Virus record (IMG/VR): IMGVR_UViG_3300028888_000053
Location: 1 to 64,000 of that record
Length of the DNA: 64,000 nucleotides
Source: a virus
Lineage: Duplodnaviria > Caudoviricetes
Reading direction: 5' to 3' (one strand)
Positions 14,201 through 28,875 of the stretch are shown piece by piece. Under the pieces are notes generated by a model, which saw nothing but the letters and a program-made list of their open reading frames with translations, had not been told where the DNA came from and ran no database searches. A program made the position numbers and the translations under genes. Positions within the stretch are counted from its first letter, which is position 1; each line of letters opens with the position of its first letter.

Positions 14201-17200
14201 AACAGCTGTTGTATTAGCGGCGTATCCTATATGATAATCTTTAAGTGGTTGGCGCCAATTATCCTAATTTAAACTTTGATTTTGCAAATCTTCTCCTACC
14301 CATTCTGTTACATTATTCATGAATGCAACAACTGCGTAATTAGAATTTTCAGACCATGTATAACCATCTTCATTTTTTTCAACGGAATCAACACCACCCA
14401 TTGATGTGTGTAATTCAAACAAAGAGTTAATTGTGTGTAATTCTGTATTAGAATCCATATATTCTTTAACTCTCTCCTTAAATTCTTCTTGACTTTCATC
14501 TGATTCTTGCTCTATCTTAATTATATTAGAATTATTATCAAATAATTGTGCCACCAAATGATATTGCTGCTGAGTAACAACATTTGGCCCATTAACATAT
14601 TTTTCTTTTGTAAAATATGTATCAAGACTTTCATCGTATTCTAACCCTATAATCTATTTTATTATATTACGCTTTTGATAATAAAGTGCATTACCTTTTA
14701 CTTTAGATAAAATATCAGAAGTAAAATCTAATGAATGTATACTTTTGTGATTAGAAGATTGTGTTAAATCAATAAAATTCTACCACTATAAATTAGTCAT
14801 TTTTTTAAATAATTTATAGTGAGAATTTTCTGAATCCATTGAAATTCGCATCTGTCCATTACTTAATGTAAATGTAGCAAACTTCAATAAAACCGATGTA
14901 CCAGTAGCTGGATCATAATGATACCAAATAGGTTTTTTATTATTATATCCAGCCTCATTTGGTCCAAGGCTATAATTCTCCATGATAGCCTAAAATGGAT
15001 TTATCCAAGCAGAACCATCGTCGGCATCTTCAGTTCCAATATCTCCATTTGGAGTGAAATATGGTGCCTACTCATCAGATATAATTGCAACCTTAGTAGT
15101 TTTTCCAGTACCAGTAAAAGCATTCATTTGAAAATCTGTACGTGTAGCTGGAATAATTACATTTCTTTTATACTATGTACCTTCACTAGTAGCAATTACT
15201 CGATACATCAAAGACTGATACTTTTGTAATAAGTAGTTTACTTTTTGCTGAGTTATACGACCTTCTTCGTCTAAATTTTTCAATAATTGAGATACTCTTT
15301 CAAATGCTGTCTACTAATCATATATATCCGGTGCATATGTATCTGTATAGAACTCTTTTAATTGGTCTTCATTACCTGGTTCTAATAAAGATTGATAATA
15401 CTCTATATCATCTAAATTGTCCCTTAATAAAAATCCATATGAATCAATTTCATGTGATAAAGATACTAAATCTGTGTGTTGTAATGCTGTTAGTTCTTCG
15501 TCGGAAAATAAAGCTAACGACTCTAGCTCTTTGCGATCCTTTTTAGTCCTATCTGTATTTTGAGAATTTGGATCAAAATCTTTTGAAAAATCAAGATTTG
15601 CTGCTTTTAATGGATCAGAAATTTCATTGCCAAGTATAGAATATTTTATATTACCTGACACAATATTATCAACATAAAAATATTTTTCTAATAATGGATT
15701 TAATTCAATTCCTTGTTCATCAATATTTGCAAGATCTCGAGAATAAAATAATTCTTTATTGTTATATTTTGCAATTATTAAACGACCATCTTTAACCCAT
15801 TTCTACAAAAATGCCTTACGTTCATCAGAATCTTTGAAAATCTAAATTCCAGCTTCTGTTCCTCTATTGATAAGACTGGAAAAAATAGTTTCATCTGTCA
15901 AAACAGATTCAGTATAAAATTTAACATTATTATCAATTAATGATTTAACAAAATTAAATTTTTCTTTATAGAATCTAGATTTAATAGTTTCTTCTGGATT
16001 TGGCCCACTAAATAAATCATAATAATACGCAGATAGTTCATTTAAGCATAACTTACCAGTTAATTTGTTTTTTCTGTAATGAATATCTTCGCCAATATTT
16101 AATTGTTCGGTAGGATTTGATTCATTCCATTCCCTTAATTTCTATTCTAACTCAGATTTAGTTATTTTCTTTAATTCTTTATTAACGTCTACTTGTAACT
16201 GTTTATATCCAACTCGAGTATCTAAATTAAATAATTTAGCCAAATCATTTAAAATATTTTCGTGCTATTTAACTAAATAAGAGCCAACAGTTTGTGTATA
16301 TAATTTAATATATTTATTTTCGTCTAATGTAAGTAAAGTCTGGTTTTTAAATTCATCTCCAAATTTATCCAATAACTTTTGCATGCTAATTGTAAATAAT
16401 GCAAAACTAGTTTTATCTGAATATACAGTTGGCATGATTTGAACCTATTTAGACGAAAGAAGTTTATTAAAGAAATCATGAGCTATGGCATTATATAACA
16501 ATTCTCCAGTATTAGAATCTTTAACCATTTGTTCATGTTGATCCCAGCTACTTAATTCAGTTCCATAAACCACGTCTTCAATAAAATATGGATCTCTAAC
16601 AAATAATGTTGATTTTGTTGGGCTATTTGTTTCCTTTGATAACTTATATAAATTATACTAAGTCTGTTGTAATGATCCGAGAGAAGCTGGTCTATAGTTA
16701 GGTCTAGCATTACCATCTAAACCACGTGTAGAAGAATCTATTGCACGACCATTTAAAATATTTTGTGCAATACACCATGGATCAATCCAATCTTCTTTGC
16801 TGGCAGCTACAAAAACAGCCTTTCCATTTCGTCTTTTAATTGCAGTACGCTTATTTTTTATCAACAGATTATAAGCATTAATATCATGTTGCTGAAGATA
16901 TTGAGTAAAGTTCTATACTTCATCTTGAAAATCAAAATCAGACATAAATTGCTATTTATAAGCAATTTGTAGTGCATGAATAAACATATTTCTTACAGAA
17001 CCACCATTAATTTTAAAATAACCTAATGTTTTCATCCCATCAGGTGTAAGTAGACGTAATTTTAGAAAATCATCTATAAATTCTAGTAATTCTGTTGTTT
17101 GTTGATACGCTGGATTCTTTGCTAAAATATCTTTTTGAATTTGCGCTCCAAAGTTTTTAGTTAAATTTTTTAAATAGTTATAATTCAAAGTATTAATTAT

Positions 17201-19294
17201 ATTTTGAATCATCTATTTATCTTGCTCATTCGAAAGCTATTTCATCATTTCTTCAAGCAACTACACAATCTAAGTTCTTTTTTGCTCATCTACAAAAGGA
17301 TTTTCAATTGCTTGAATAATCAGAGCTTCTTGATCTTGATTTAAATTAGAAAACATAGCATCTAAATTACTTAAAAACTATATTTCATTTTCATTTAATA
17401 TTGGAACCATAGAGATTCCAATATTTTTGTCATTAACAAAAGTACTAATACCAGAACTATTGTTAGATTGAGTAGCAATAATTTTATACTAACGTTCTAA
17501 TTCAGTATCTTTATTTAACGTAATATATAATGTTGAAGCATTTTCAATATGAATATTGTATTTATCCAAGACTCTAAATCTAGAATCATATGAACTTCTT
17601 TCTAAACCTATATTTAATGAATTAATCAAATCGTGAGTTTGTACTTGTAATGACCCATGTTTAGAAATATTTTCAGTAATAGCCTATCCACCTTCATATT
17701 TAGTTCTAGCATATACTGCCGGTTGATTTCTATCAAAAATACCATAAATCACATCTTGCAATAAGTATTTTCCAGTCGGAGTAAGTCCCTACTATATACT
17801 CTCATCTTCTATACTTTTAATGGACTATGATTTTATTCGCTATATATCTCTAGGCTATTTAGATATTAATTGCGCATAAATAGAATATAAAACATCTAAA
17901 TCAGACTCACTTAATAGCCCTCCTTGTACAGATAATAATTTTGTCTATAAAGAAGAATTGGCTCTATCAAATAATAACTAAAATATAATTGGAATGTATT
18001 TATTTAAATTATCATGAGCTAATAAGACATCTTGTTTAAATACCGTTTCTTCTTCTTGTTGTGTTACTAGTTTACACGTTGTCTAAACTAAATTACCCCA
18101 TGCGCTAGATATTGCAGTCTAATCAATTTTACTTTCTAATTGCGTGCCATTTTTTCTATCGTATAATATTAGAGAGCCAATTAAAACTTTTTCAAATTTC
18201 GTTGTTAACTTAATAGCATCTCTAATTTCTCCAGCTCTCCAATCTTTTACTGCAGAACTAGTGTCTTTTCCAATTGCATATTTGATTAGTTCCTATTTCC
18301 CATCTGATGAATACTAAGAAGGCTCTTGTGGTAATGTATGATCTATTTGAATAATATCACCAAATTCTTGTTCTATAGTTTCATCAAAATGACTTACATT
18401 TAAATATGCATATATAGCCTCTAGTCTTTCATTAAGTATACCATCCGCTAAATACTATTCAAGTGCAATATCTAATGATATTTCTGCCTATGATGTTCTG
18501 ATATACTATCTGAATTTCTATAATAGAGAATCAATATATGTTTGTTTTACTTTACCATTAGCATCTCTATACGAACGCTCAACTGTGAAATTTTTATCAA
18601 TATATTTTTTAATAAAATTTCCAAGCAATCTATACTAACTATTTTTATATGCGGCAATAGAAGCATTTAAGCTTGCGTTATCTGTTACAATAATATCTTG
18701 CTGTGTAAGATCTTTAATGAGTTCTAATGCTTCATTTTTTTGTTCTCTAGAGAATTGTAATTGTTCGCTACTAGCTAATTTTTGCCAACAATCTTGAATA
18801 TACGCACTAGCATCATCATAATCTTTTTCTGGAGGCATTAATTTTTGTAACCTTTCATATTTATTCTAAAGAGACTCCGTATAAAAATTATGTCTAATAA
18901 TTAAAGATTTAAAGATACGTCTACGAAATATATTTAATCTATATACTTCTAATAAAGCATTCCCAGAAAATAATTCCATATAATCGTCATCTAAATCTAG
19001 AATTTCAGATTCTTGATTTTCAGCTTCATTCTATGCTGATACTAGATCAGAAATCATTGATTTTATTTCATTAATTGAATGGTTTTGGGCCCATGTTGCA
19101 TGAGCCCTAATATTTTCTAAAGATGTTATTCCATCTTCACTTTCAAACCATTCCTATAATAATCTTAATTTATCATCCTGTCTTCCGATCTATTCAAGAA
19201 TTTTATTTGTAACTTTTTCTAATGAATCATATTCAGACCCATTTTCATATATTCCCGTTACATCGTCGAATTTTAAAGTAATTTGACAAGCCAT
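8237..19294 (-). CDS. Virion-packaged single-chain RNA polymerase of crAss-like phages (3685 aa, TAG=Gln)
   Basis: Twelve track ORFs share this frame. Catalytic GSDYDIDK at 11321-11344, preceded by ARIPAQSLQ(TAG)SYM. Beta-like EDADDGSAWINP at about 15000-15030. Starts MACQITL, ends RIDCHGV-TAA. Confidence 0.9.
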
Positions 19295-19295
19295 A

Positions 19296-22200
19296 TTAAT
19301 CACAATTTGTAATAATTAAATTATTCCAAGAGTCTTCGAATCGATCTCTATTATCTTCATTATCATCTAACACTGCCATGAGTAAGTTACTATATTCTGC
19401 ATATATTGTTTCATGAGTTACGCCTTCTCCAAATTTAAGCTTACCATTTTCTTCTATTATAACTTCTTGATCTTTAAAATAATTTACAATAAATTGTTGA
19501 ATATAATCATCATTTGCCATATACTGTTGTAATCTAGCTAATAACTAATCCTCTTCGTTATTACCTGTATCTACAATTGTAACATTATTAGAACCAGGAT
19601 TATAAGAAATTGATTTATTGCCATCACTAATGATTATATTATTAAAATTCTATGTATAAGTTAAATTTTCTGATTTAAGATCATAATTTTGTATAATGAA
19701 CTAAATCATATTTGGAATTTGTTCAAATGATTTATTTTGCAAATATGAGACTTGTTCTGATATTGATAAACGCTTAAATCTTTCATCGTTATCAATTACC
19801 GCATTTCCAGTCGCAGCACTAGAAGCTTCTTGAGCTCCCTATACTTCAGACTATGTTTTATGAAATTTAAAAGTAAATCTAGGCATATCTACTGCCGTTC
19901 TAACAAGAAATAACGGATTCATTGAAGACTGACATTCTGCAAATAGTCCAAAATTTTCTACATTTACACCATTCTAAAAGCCTTGAATTTCAGCTTGTGG
20001 ATCTATAAAAAATCCATTCGGGAAATAAGCATCGCTAGATTGTGGCTCTACTTTACTATTATATTTTTGGCCATTACTAACTTTGGTTTGTAGTTTTCCA
20101 TATAACTTACTATCAATTAAACCTTTTGTATTAGATGTCCCATGGAAACATAAGTCAAGAACTTTAGGGATTAATCCACCATATTTTTCTATAATATCTC
20201 TTACCTATAAAACATGCGTTGCTAATAATGTAGCTTTCTCCGAATCTTGAGAATGATCATATTCTTTAATTTTAATAACAGACGACATGTTCCAATCCCA
20301 TTCTCTAGCTGGTTTATCACCACGTGCTTGTAAGAAACCATTTTCATCAAGTTTGCTATAAGCCATAGCTCTGCTAGCTATTTTTACTAATATCATAGGG
20401 ATAAATTTAGTTAATCTTGTATCCTATGCGCTATCAGTATTACCATGAACAATACTAAATGCAGATGTGTTTCCACTAATTTCATTTAAAGATTTAAGAA
20501 TTGAATGATCTTTTATATTAACACGTACGTCCTATGGTATAATGCTATTATCTCTATTATCGCGTATTTGTATTCCCAATGGATCCGTAAAGCTATGGTA
20601 AATATCATCGATAATATCGATCATCTACTATAATCCTTTTGTATTGGTACAAATAAAATTAATAGCATTTCTATATGATTGATTTTTCTTTGCTTTTTGA
20701 GCAATCCTAATCTATTCTGGCATATATGTTAAACCAGGTTCTACATCATACATGCGAATTTGCCAATTATTATCATTTCCTACACCCAATCTAAATTGTT
20801 TAATTCTATTTTGATCACAATTGTCATTAATTTCCCATATCTATTCGCACAAAGATATATTATCTGGCTACTATTTTTTTACATAATTTCTAAATCCATT
20901 TTCTGTTGGATTTTCAGTAGTTTCTGAATACTCCTAATACTGTTTATGTAAATATTGTAAAGTAGTATCTATATCTGTATCTGATAGATTATAATGTTTT
21001 TTCCATTTATTTAGATAATCAGAGAATAATAATAAATTTGCCCTGAAATTGTGTAATGCTATTAATTGTCTTTGACCCATATAATCATTTTCAAAGGGAA
21101 GTTTATTGTATTTTGCACCTCCCATACTAGCTTTAGTTCTGAAAATTTCATCATAATCATTATTACATAGATCTGATAATGTACAACCAGCATTATCTAA
21201 TATAATCATACGAACACTTCTATTTGAAGTGACAGATTTTCTTTCACTTAACCATGTCTGTAAAAGTGTGTTTGAATCTAATGCCATATTTCTAGATACA
21301 AAAATAACCGCTTTACCACGAATGCTTTGCATCCCACTATTTTCATCATCAGATTGTGTATACTTATAAATATATACTGGAGATATTCTTAGATATGGAT
21401 TTTTACGTCTAAAATTAGTCTATTTTTGTAATAATTTATCGTCTTTTTCAAATGAATCTAATCGCATTTGTGCAACTTGTTCAAATGGTATAATAGTATT
21501 ACCATTTTCATCAGTTTCTTTTAACCATAGAGCATTTTGTATAGTTCTCAATACGGTATTTCCATTGAAAGTAACATCCCCTATCTCTAATGAAACTTCA
21601 TCGCTATTTTGATCAGATCTATTTTCAAATGCAGCCCTAGCTTCGTCTAAATTTCGTTTATATGAAGTTTTGACAGTTTCGAAATTATTAATAAAATTTT
21701 GTAATTTAGAAATTATATTTTGTGCAAGAGGATTCGAGCTGCTTTCTAGTTTTTTAATTCTATGATTTATTGCTTGTAATATTTCCTGTTTTCTCAAATC
21801 GAAATTATCAGGATTCTAAAGTTGGCCTAAAGTTACACGAGCCTATTCGCCATTTTTTGTAGTAAATTCTACTACAATTCTATATACTAGAGCATCGTGA
21901 TTTCCATCACCGTTAATAGCAGCCTTAGATAGCAATAGATCAGAATATCCTACAAACGAGTGTTTATTTTTATCTAACTTAGATACAACTAATTTATACT
22001 TTTTATTTTTAAGTATATTTTTTATTTCTTCTTGTGAAACAACATCTTCTAGTCCACTAGTTGCATAAGCTGATTGGAATTGATCCGATTCAGGATATAT
22101 ATTATACAATAATATACTCTTAAAAACAAGTAATGAATTAACTAATTTATCTTTTGTGATTCCATCATTAATTTTTGAGCTTTTTTGCAACATCTATGGA

Positions 22201-25200
22201 GTTACAAAAGCTTCTATATCATTTAATACATGTCCATCAGTTCTATCTGGTAAAATCCATTCAATTGTTTCTTTAGTCTATCCTTGCTGATCTGTAGTTA
22301 CATTTTTTTCATAAGGAATGCCAAGCATGTGAGATTCACCAAATGCCAAACCTTCATCAGAATCAAATTCATCTTCAGTACTATTAGTATTTATTTCTTC
22401 GTTTGCTTGCTCATTATGTAGTTCTGTAACAGCTGTCTAATCAAAATCCAATGTTGGAGAAGTTAAATCTGGCATTAAATCATCTTCCATTGAATCAAGT
22501 GCAATTAAATCAAGAAAATCATCTCCAACATCAGCATGTGGAGCAACATTATTAGTTGTCTACTGTGGTTTTTCTTCTGCTTGCTACTACTATACGGTAG
22601 TTGTCGGCACAATCTTTAAAGATGCCATCTAAGCTTTAAAATGTTTTCTAAATTTATTTTTAGCATCCTTGCCAAAATTTGTAGATGTATTCTAAAATCT
22701 TTGATGTTCGTTATTAGTAATTATAGTAGAAAGAACACCATCATCAATAAATATAGAACCAATTTTTCCTCGTGTTTTTAATGTATAAAAACGCTTCAAA
22801 AAATCTAATGTATTTGCATGTTGTATCTAAAGATCTTTTGTACTAATTGGTTCCCATTTAGTATTAATTATTATATAATCGAATTCTTGTCCCTATAAGG
22901 CAACTTCATTATCAATAACAATTAAATTATCTCCAAATTTTGCTTTTAATACATCATATCCAGAAGTAGATTCAGATCCTAATAATCCAACCGTTATTTT
23001 TTTATCTCGTATCTATTTTGGTAAATGATCAACTAATTCTTTAGAAATTGATTTTGTTATTAAATCACCATTCAAATCTGTATTATCATAGTATGCAATT
23101 TTTAACTGTTTGAAAGCTTCTAGAGCTTGCTAAATTAAAACATTTCTAGTCGCTGAATCAGGTATATCATTAAACATTCTAATCAATGATACCAATTGAT
23201 ACACATTCTACTAACTTTGATAATTAGAATCACGTAATGTTAATGATATTCTCGGTGTTTTTCCAACAAAACATTTTTCTTGATTGAGATTTTCATCTAT
23301 ACCATCAGTATTTTTATATCCAGACTGATAATCATCTCCCAATAGGATAAATGGAATATTTTCTTTTGCACAATACTAACTTATAATTGATAACTATAAA
23401 GTAGAAAAATGTGTAGCTTCGTCCAAAATGATTGCAGATGGCTTTGATGTAGTTAATGTATATATTAAATTCTTTGATGCTGTCTAAAATGATTTTTCAT
23501 CTACACCAGTACGACTGTCAATAAAATTGGAAGTATTTACACCAGTCTTTAAATTATTATATGTAGTTTCACCAATTAACTGTTTGCATAAATCATCTGG
23601 AGAAAACGTTTTTCCACCAGTAATAGTACCCATTTTGTTGTACTACTGTGGTTTTGGTGCACAAACCCACAAACTATCCTTTTTAATTTTCAAATGATCC
23701 TACATAAAACTTGAAATTGTTCTTAAAACAACTTCTGTTTTTCCTGCACCACCATTTCCTGAGATAAATAATCCTTCTAATAAAAAAGGATTTGGAGTCT
23801 TTCCACTATCGGTCTATTTATATTGTGCATGACTTGCGATCCATTGTAATCCGCTACGATATATTGCAACATTTTTTGTATATGCCATACCAATACGTGA
23901 TACATACTACTATATAGACAATGGCGCAAGATCTTCATTTTCATATAATTTAACACTCTACATGTATTCATAATATTCATTTGGAGATAGACATGCTAAT
24001 GTAGTTAAATACATGCCAATGTCCATTGGTGTAAATTTATGAGCACTAATCTCCTAATTTAATTCACATGTAGTTTGTTCTATTAATGTATCATTGTTGG
24101 TGAAAATAACGTTATTTAAACCAGACTATTCCATAACTTCTTTAAAAGTTTTCTATGTTTCATACATAGCCTTCTAAATATTGTTATAAAACAGCTATTC
24201 AATTTTAGTTAGTTTTACAAATTCATCTGAATCATTAATTGTTTCATAGCCTTCTAATAAATCGTATTCATGCGTATTTCCATCTTTGTCAGCAACAGAT
24301 ACTTTTGAAAACGCTAATTTATGATCATCAAAAAACTTTAATTTTGCTTTAGTAAATTTTATATCAGTATTAATGAATTGTTGCGATTTATTAACGGCAT
24401 TTAATGTGTCATAATATCTCCAATGCTCTATTTCCTATAACAAATTATTTATTTGCTATGAATACAATGGAGCAATATTATCATCTATTACAGGCATTAA
24501 TTCCATATTTAATTTATGGTCTTTAATGATCTCGTTCATTAATTGGTTATGTGGATATAATGTAGATAAATTTCTACTATTATATGCAGAAACCATATAA
24601 TTTAATGCCATGTTTAATAAATCTTCAGCTTCCTACAATGTCTATTTCTACTATTCTGACAAAGTAAAAGTTTTAAATCCTTCCCTATCCATCGAATCCA
24701 TCAAAGATTCTAAAAGGGCATCTATTGATTTAACATCTCTATTAAAAGCTAAACCTAATTTATGTACAATTCTTATAATTGGATTTTCTATTGGCTTAGC
24801 ATGTTTAATGGCTTCTATTGAAGAATAAATACCATTAGCAAGAATACTTGCTTCAACTTGGCTTAGGGTAGATACAATTTGCTATTCAATTTGTTTTGAT
24901 AAATTAGAATTATTTAATGAACCTCCTAGATAATTGTAAGTATTACGAACATCACCAGTGTCTTCATCTTGATAATCTGAGATCTAAATAAAGTTGGTGA
25001 TATCTTGGCCATTATACTAATTTATAGAATCAACAATAGCACCTATATCTAATTTACCATCTTTAGTTTGTGATAATTGTGCAACAATAGAATCATCATT
25101 TAATAGAACCTATAAAATTTTTTGTCTAGCTTTAGAATTTTCAGTATCAAAATTATCATTTGCTGGATCTCCACTAAAAATAGAGAAATCGTCTATAAAA

Positions 25201-28200
25201 TTTAAATAATATTTTTCCAAAAAACCTAAACTAGGTTCCTATTGCTATAATTGTTCTTTATTGATTGTATAATCATCATTTAAAATAGATTTATCTTGTA
25301 AGCTCTATATAACATTTCTAATTTGTTCTGCTTCATGATTTAGACGCTATACAATCTATTCATATTCAATCTACTGTGGTTTTTGCAAATAATCAAAATC
25401 CTCTATAAATATTATTGATAATTTTTGAAATTTATCAATAGCTTTTTCTATTTCAGCTTGTTCTTCAGATAAAGCGGATTTCAACATTTTATCTTTAGCT
25501 TCTTTTAAATCTTCTAGAGTCTTAACAGATGATAAAATAGTATCAAATTCAGAAGATAATTTCCCATTATTTAACTATGCAACTTTATGCTATTGAATAT
25601 AGTGCTAAACAACATCTTGTTGCCTTAATCCTATTTGTAATAAAAGATGTCTTTTAGTCTATGGATCTAATAAACCATAAGAATTTCTGATAAAATCTCG
25701 AATTGCATTTAGTCTCTATAATGTCACTTCATCATTATAGTTTCTTGCAGCTTGAATTTGCAGTTGAGAATATCTTTCAGCTTTTCTTTTTGCAAAATCT
25801 GCATCTGATTCCCCATCTCTCTGATTTCTATCATCATATTCTTCTTTTGTTTCGTTATTTAATCTCTCATCATAAGATAGTTTAAATTCTTCATTTTTAT
25901 TATCTTCTGTAAAATCCTCAGGTTCAACTGTAACAATTTTTGCAAGAATACCATTTTGAGGATTAAAAAGCTTATCTGTTTCTTTTAGATATTCTTGATA
26001 TTCAGTAACACGATCCTATATACCTGTTAATTCAGTTTTAATTTTATCTCCAAAGAATTTAAAATTTTCCCAAGCCTAATCAGCATCGAGTCGCTATTTT
26101 GATTCTTTGTATTTTAAATAGTCCGATTTTAATTTATTTTGTTCATCAACTGACTATTTATCAAAATCTTCTATAGTCATTTGATGATTTAATTTTAACC
26201 AATAGTCAAATGTAGCAACATAAAATGAAGAATTGGTAGACGGGTCCATTTCAAATACCAACTTACCCATATAATCAACTGCTGTTTCTCCGGATTTAAA
26301 TTGCTCTATTTTTTGTAGGGTCTAATCTCTTAATTGTGTTAATTTATTAATGGATTCTTCTTTTTGTTTTCGTGCAGCAATATCGCTGTCACTAGTTCCT
26401 GTTGGAGTGTTATTTAATCCATCTATCTATTGCTAATATGAAACATATTCATTTACTAAATCAAGCCATTTCTATTTATAACCAGATTGATATTCTGCAT
26501 CAGGCATTAATTGTTTTAATCTTTGATAGCGCATATCGCTAAGCGTTAACTAGTCAAATAACTAACCATCACTCATGGCTAAATGTGATTCGTGAATTAT
26601 TTTATCAATAGTTTCAATTTCCCATTTAATTTGATTATAGATAAAATCCTTTTGACTAATGTGATCTTTATCAGCAGATAGAAAAATAATATTACCATCA
26701 TTGTCTTCTGTAAAGTCAGCACTTAACTGAGAACTTCCAGGAAGTTCGTCATGTTCTTTTAAATCATTTAACTGACGTATAGCCTCATCCTTACCATAAT
26801 CATGCACTATGTCAACCAGGTTATCACGATCTGTATTTCTTTTCCAATCCTTGCTCTAAAATCTTTCAACTCCATAAAAAATTCCACCACCAAGAAATCC
26901 TCCAAAGAAATTCATTCCATATCTAGCAGCTAAAGATTTAAGCGCTTTTGCTGGATCTTCTCCTATATTGTCAAAAGCATTAATGTTGTTAGTCGTTAAA
27001 TTACCAAATAAATTATCAATTGGTTTAATATCATGAGCTAGTTCGTATAATTGTTTTGAAACATCTGCCATCACTTCTTCAGATACCTCTTCTAAACCTT
27101 CACCCATTGCTTTGGTTAGAAAGCCACCTGAATGGTGTTTGATGTCATCCCAAAACTCATTAAATACTTTATTTCCTAACTCTTTTCCAGCTGTAATGTA
27201 TTTTTTCAACATGTTTGGGGCAAGTTCTCTACGAGCAGTTGCATTTGCCTAAGATAAAATTCCAGAAGCAAAAGACTCAACCCAATCTTTACGACTATTT
27301 TTTAAAGTAGCTCTTATGGCACGTTCTCCATTTGATGTTAGTTCATTGAAAAATACTTCTCCGAGTCCTTTTCTATCAACCATAAACATACCAAGTGTGC
27401 TACCAAAAGCCACGCTCATAGCTTCCCGTTTAGTTAGACCCCTATCTATTAAATCTTCATAAACATCAGTATTAGATACTAACGCCATATATATTAAAGA
27501 TGCGTCTGCACCTAGTCTATTAATGTTTTCAATCTATCCAGCAACATCCTTATAAGCATTTTGTAAATATGCCTATCCCATTACGCTTTCTTTCCACTTG
27601 GCTGCGTCACCAACAGTTTTAGATAAATTTTGTTCAATAGCTACTGCATCATCTACACGACCTGCGGCCCTTAATGATTCAGCCTATTTTAAAGCATTCG
27701 TCTTAAATGTTACTGATTCCGTATCGTATAATCGTTTAGCTGCTAACTCAGCTGATGTATTGATTTTTTTAACTCCATTTAATTCTTGAATGGCTTTAGC
27801 AATTATTTTCTACTAACTCCACTACAATGCAACATCCATCATTAAATTAGCGACGTTTTCTAAATTTAACTAAGAATTCTATGCATAATCAGATGTACTA
27901 GAAGAAGCAGCCACAGCTTTTCCTGCCAAATTGTTTGCCAATCTAGTAAATGGGGTGTCAGTATTTTCTACAGCACCAAATACACCATCAATCATTGGTA
28001 GTGTTTTGATTAATTCTCGTAAAGTTAAAGCTGATGCATATACTGTAGCAACTGGACCTCCTATAAATAATGGAAGAATAGCTGCTGCACTTTTCATTAA
28101 CGTTCCACCTATACTTTTCTTCTTATCATCAGAGTCAAGAAAGTCATACTAATTTAAACCAGAACCATCTACTGTTAGCTAATCAAAACCAGATAAAACT

Positions 28201-28874
28201 TGTTTACCAGCAAGACTTCTTCCATTTAATGTTTCATAGTAATATTTACCATCATCATTTAATTTCAGATCTCCTTTCTTATGTATTTTAACTGTATTGT
28301 CAATTGGGTCAAGATATTCTTCGTCTTCATCATATGCTGCAAGAACAAGTGGCTCTTTAAAAATATCTTTAAACCACTATAATGGATTTGAAAATAGCGC
28401 ATGATCATTTGGTGAATATTCTAGATAGGTGCCAGTTTTGGTATCATATACAGAATTTCTCTAAGCTAATTCTCTACTAGAAAATGGAGATTCTTGAGTT
28501 TCATTAATCCACCCATACCCAATAGTGGATTCTTCTGGATTATCAACTTTAAATAAAGTTAAATTTGGATTTGTTACACGAGCATTATCTTTGTCATATC
28601 TTCTATAGTCAAAAAGATCGTACTACAATCCGTTTGGAATGCCTGTAAATATTTTCCATTGCTATGATACCTAATTATAAAATTCGTCAAATTTAGCCTA
28701 TGAAAAGACGCCATCTTCATTTTTAAATGCGTCATTATCTTTAATAAAATTACTTGATAAATATTCCTATTTTGATAAAAGCTATGTATTATCCATATTT
28801 AATCCAGCAGCTCTTAACATACCAGTATCATACGTTGGATTTAATAGGCTTGATAATAAAAAATCGTTTTCCAT
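19296..28874 (-). CDS. Giant virion/ejection protein with SF1 helicase-like domain (3192 aa, TAG=Gln)
   Basis: ORFs 19296, 20205, 20934, 21420, 21843, 26562, 26856, 27249 and 27879 share one frame. Start MENDFLLSSLLNP. Motifs GNGGAGKT, ILDEATH, LLGDDYQ, QGQEFD and YTLKTRGK. Gly-rich hydrophobic segments near the N-terminus. Confidence 0.85.
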
Positions 28875-28875
28875 A

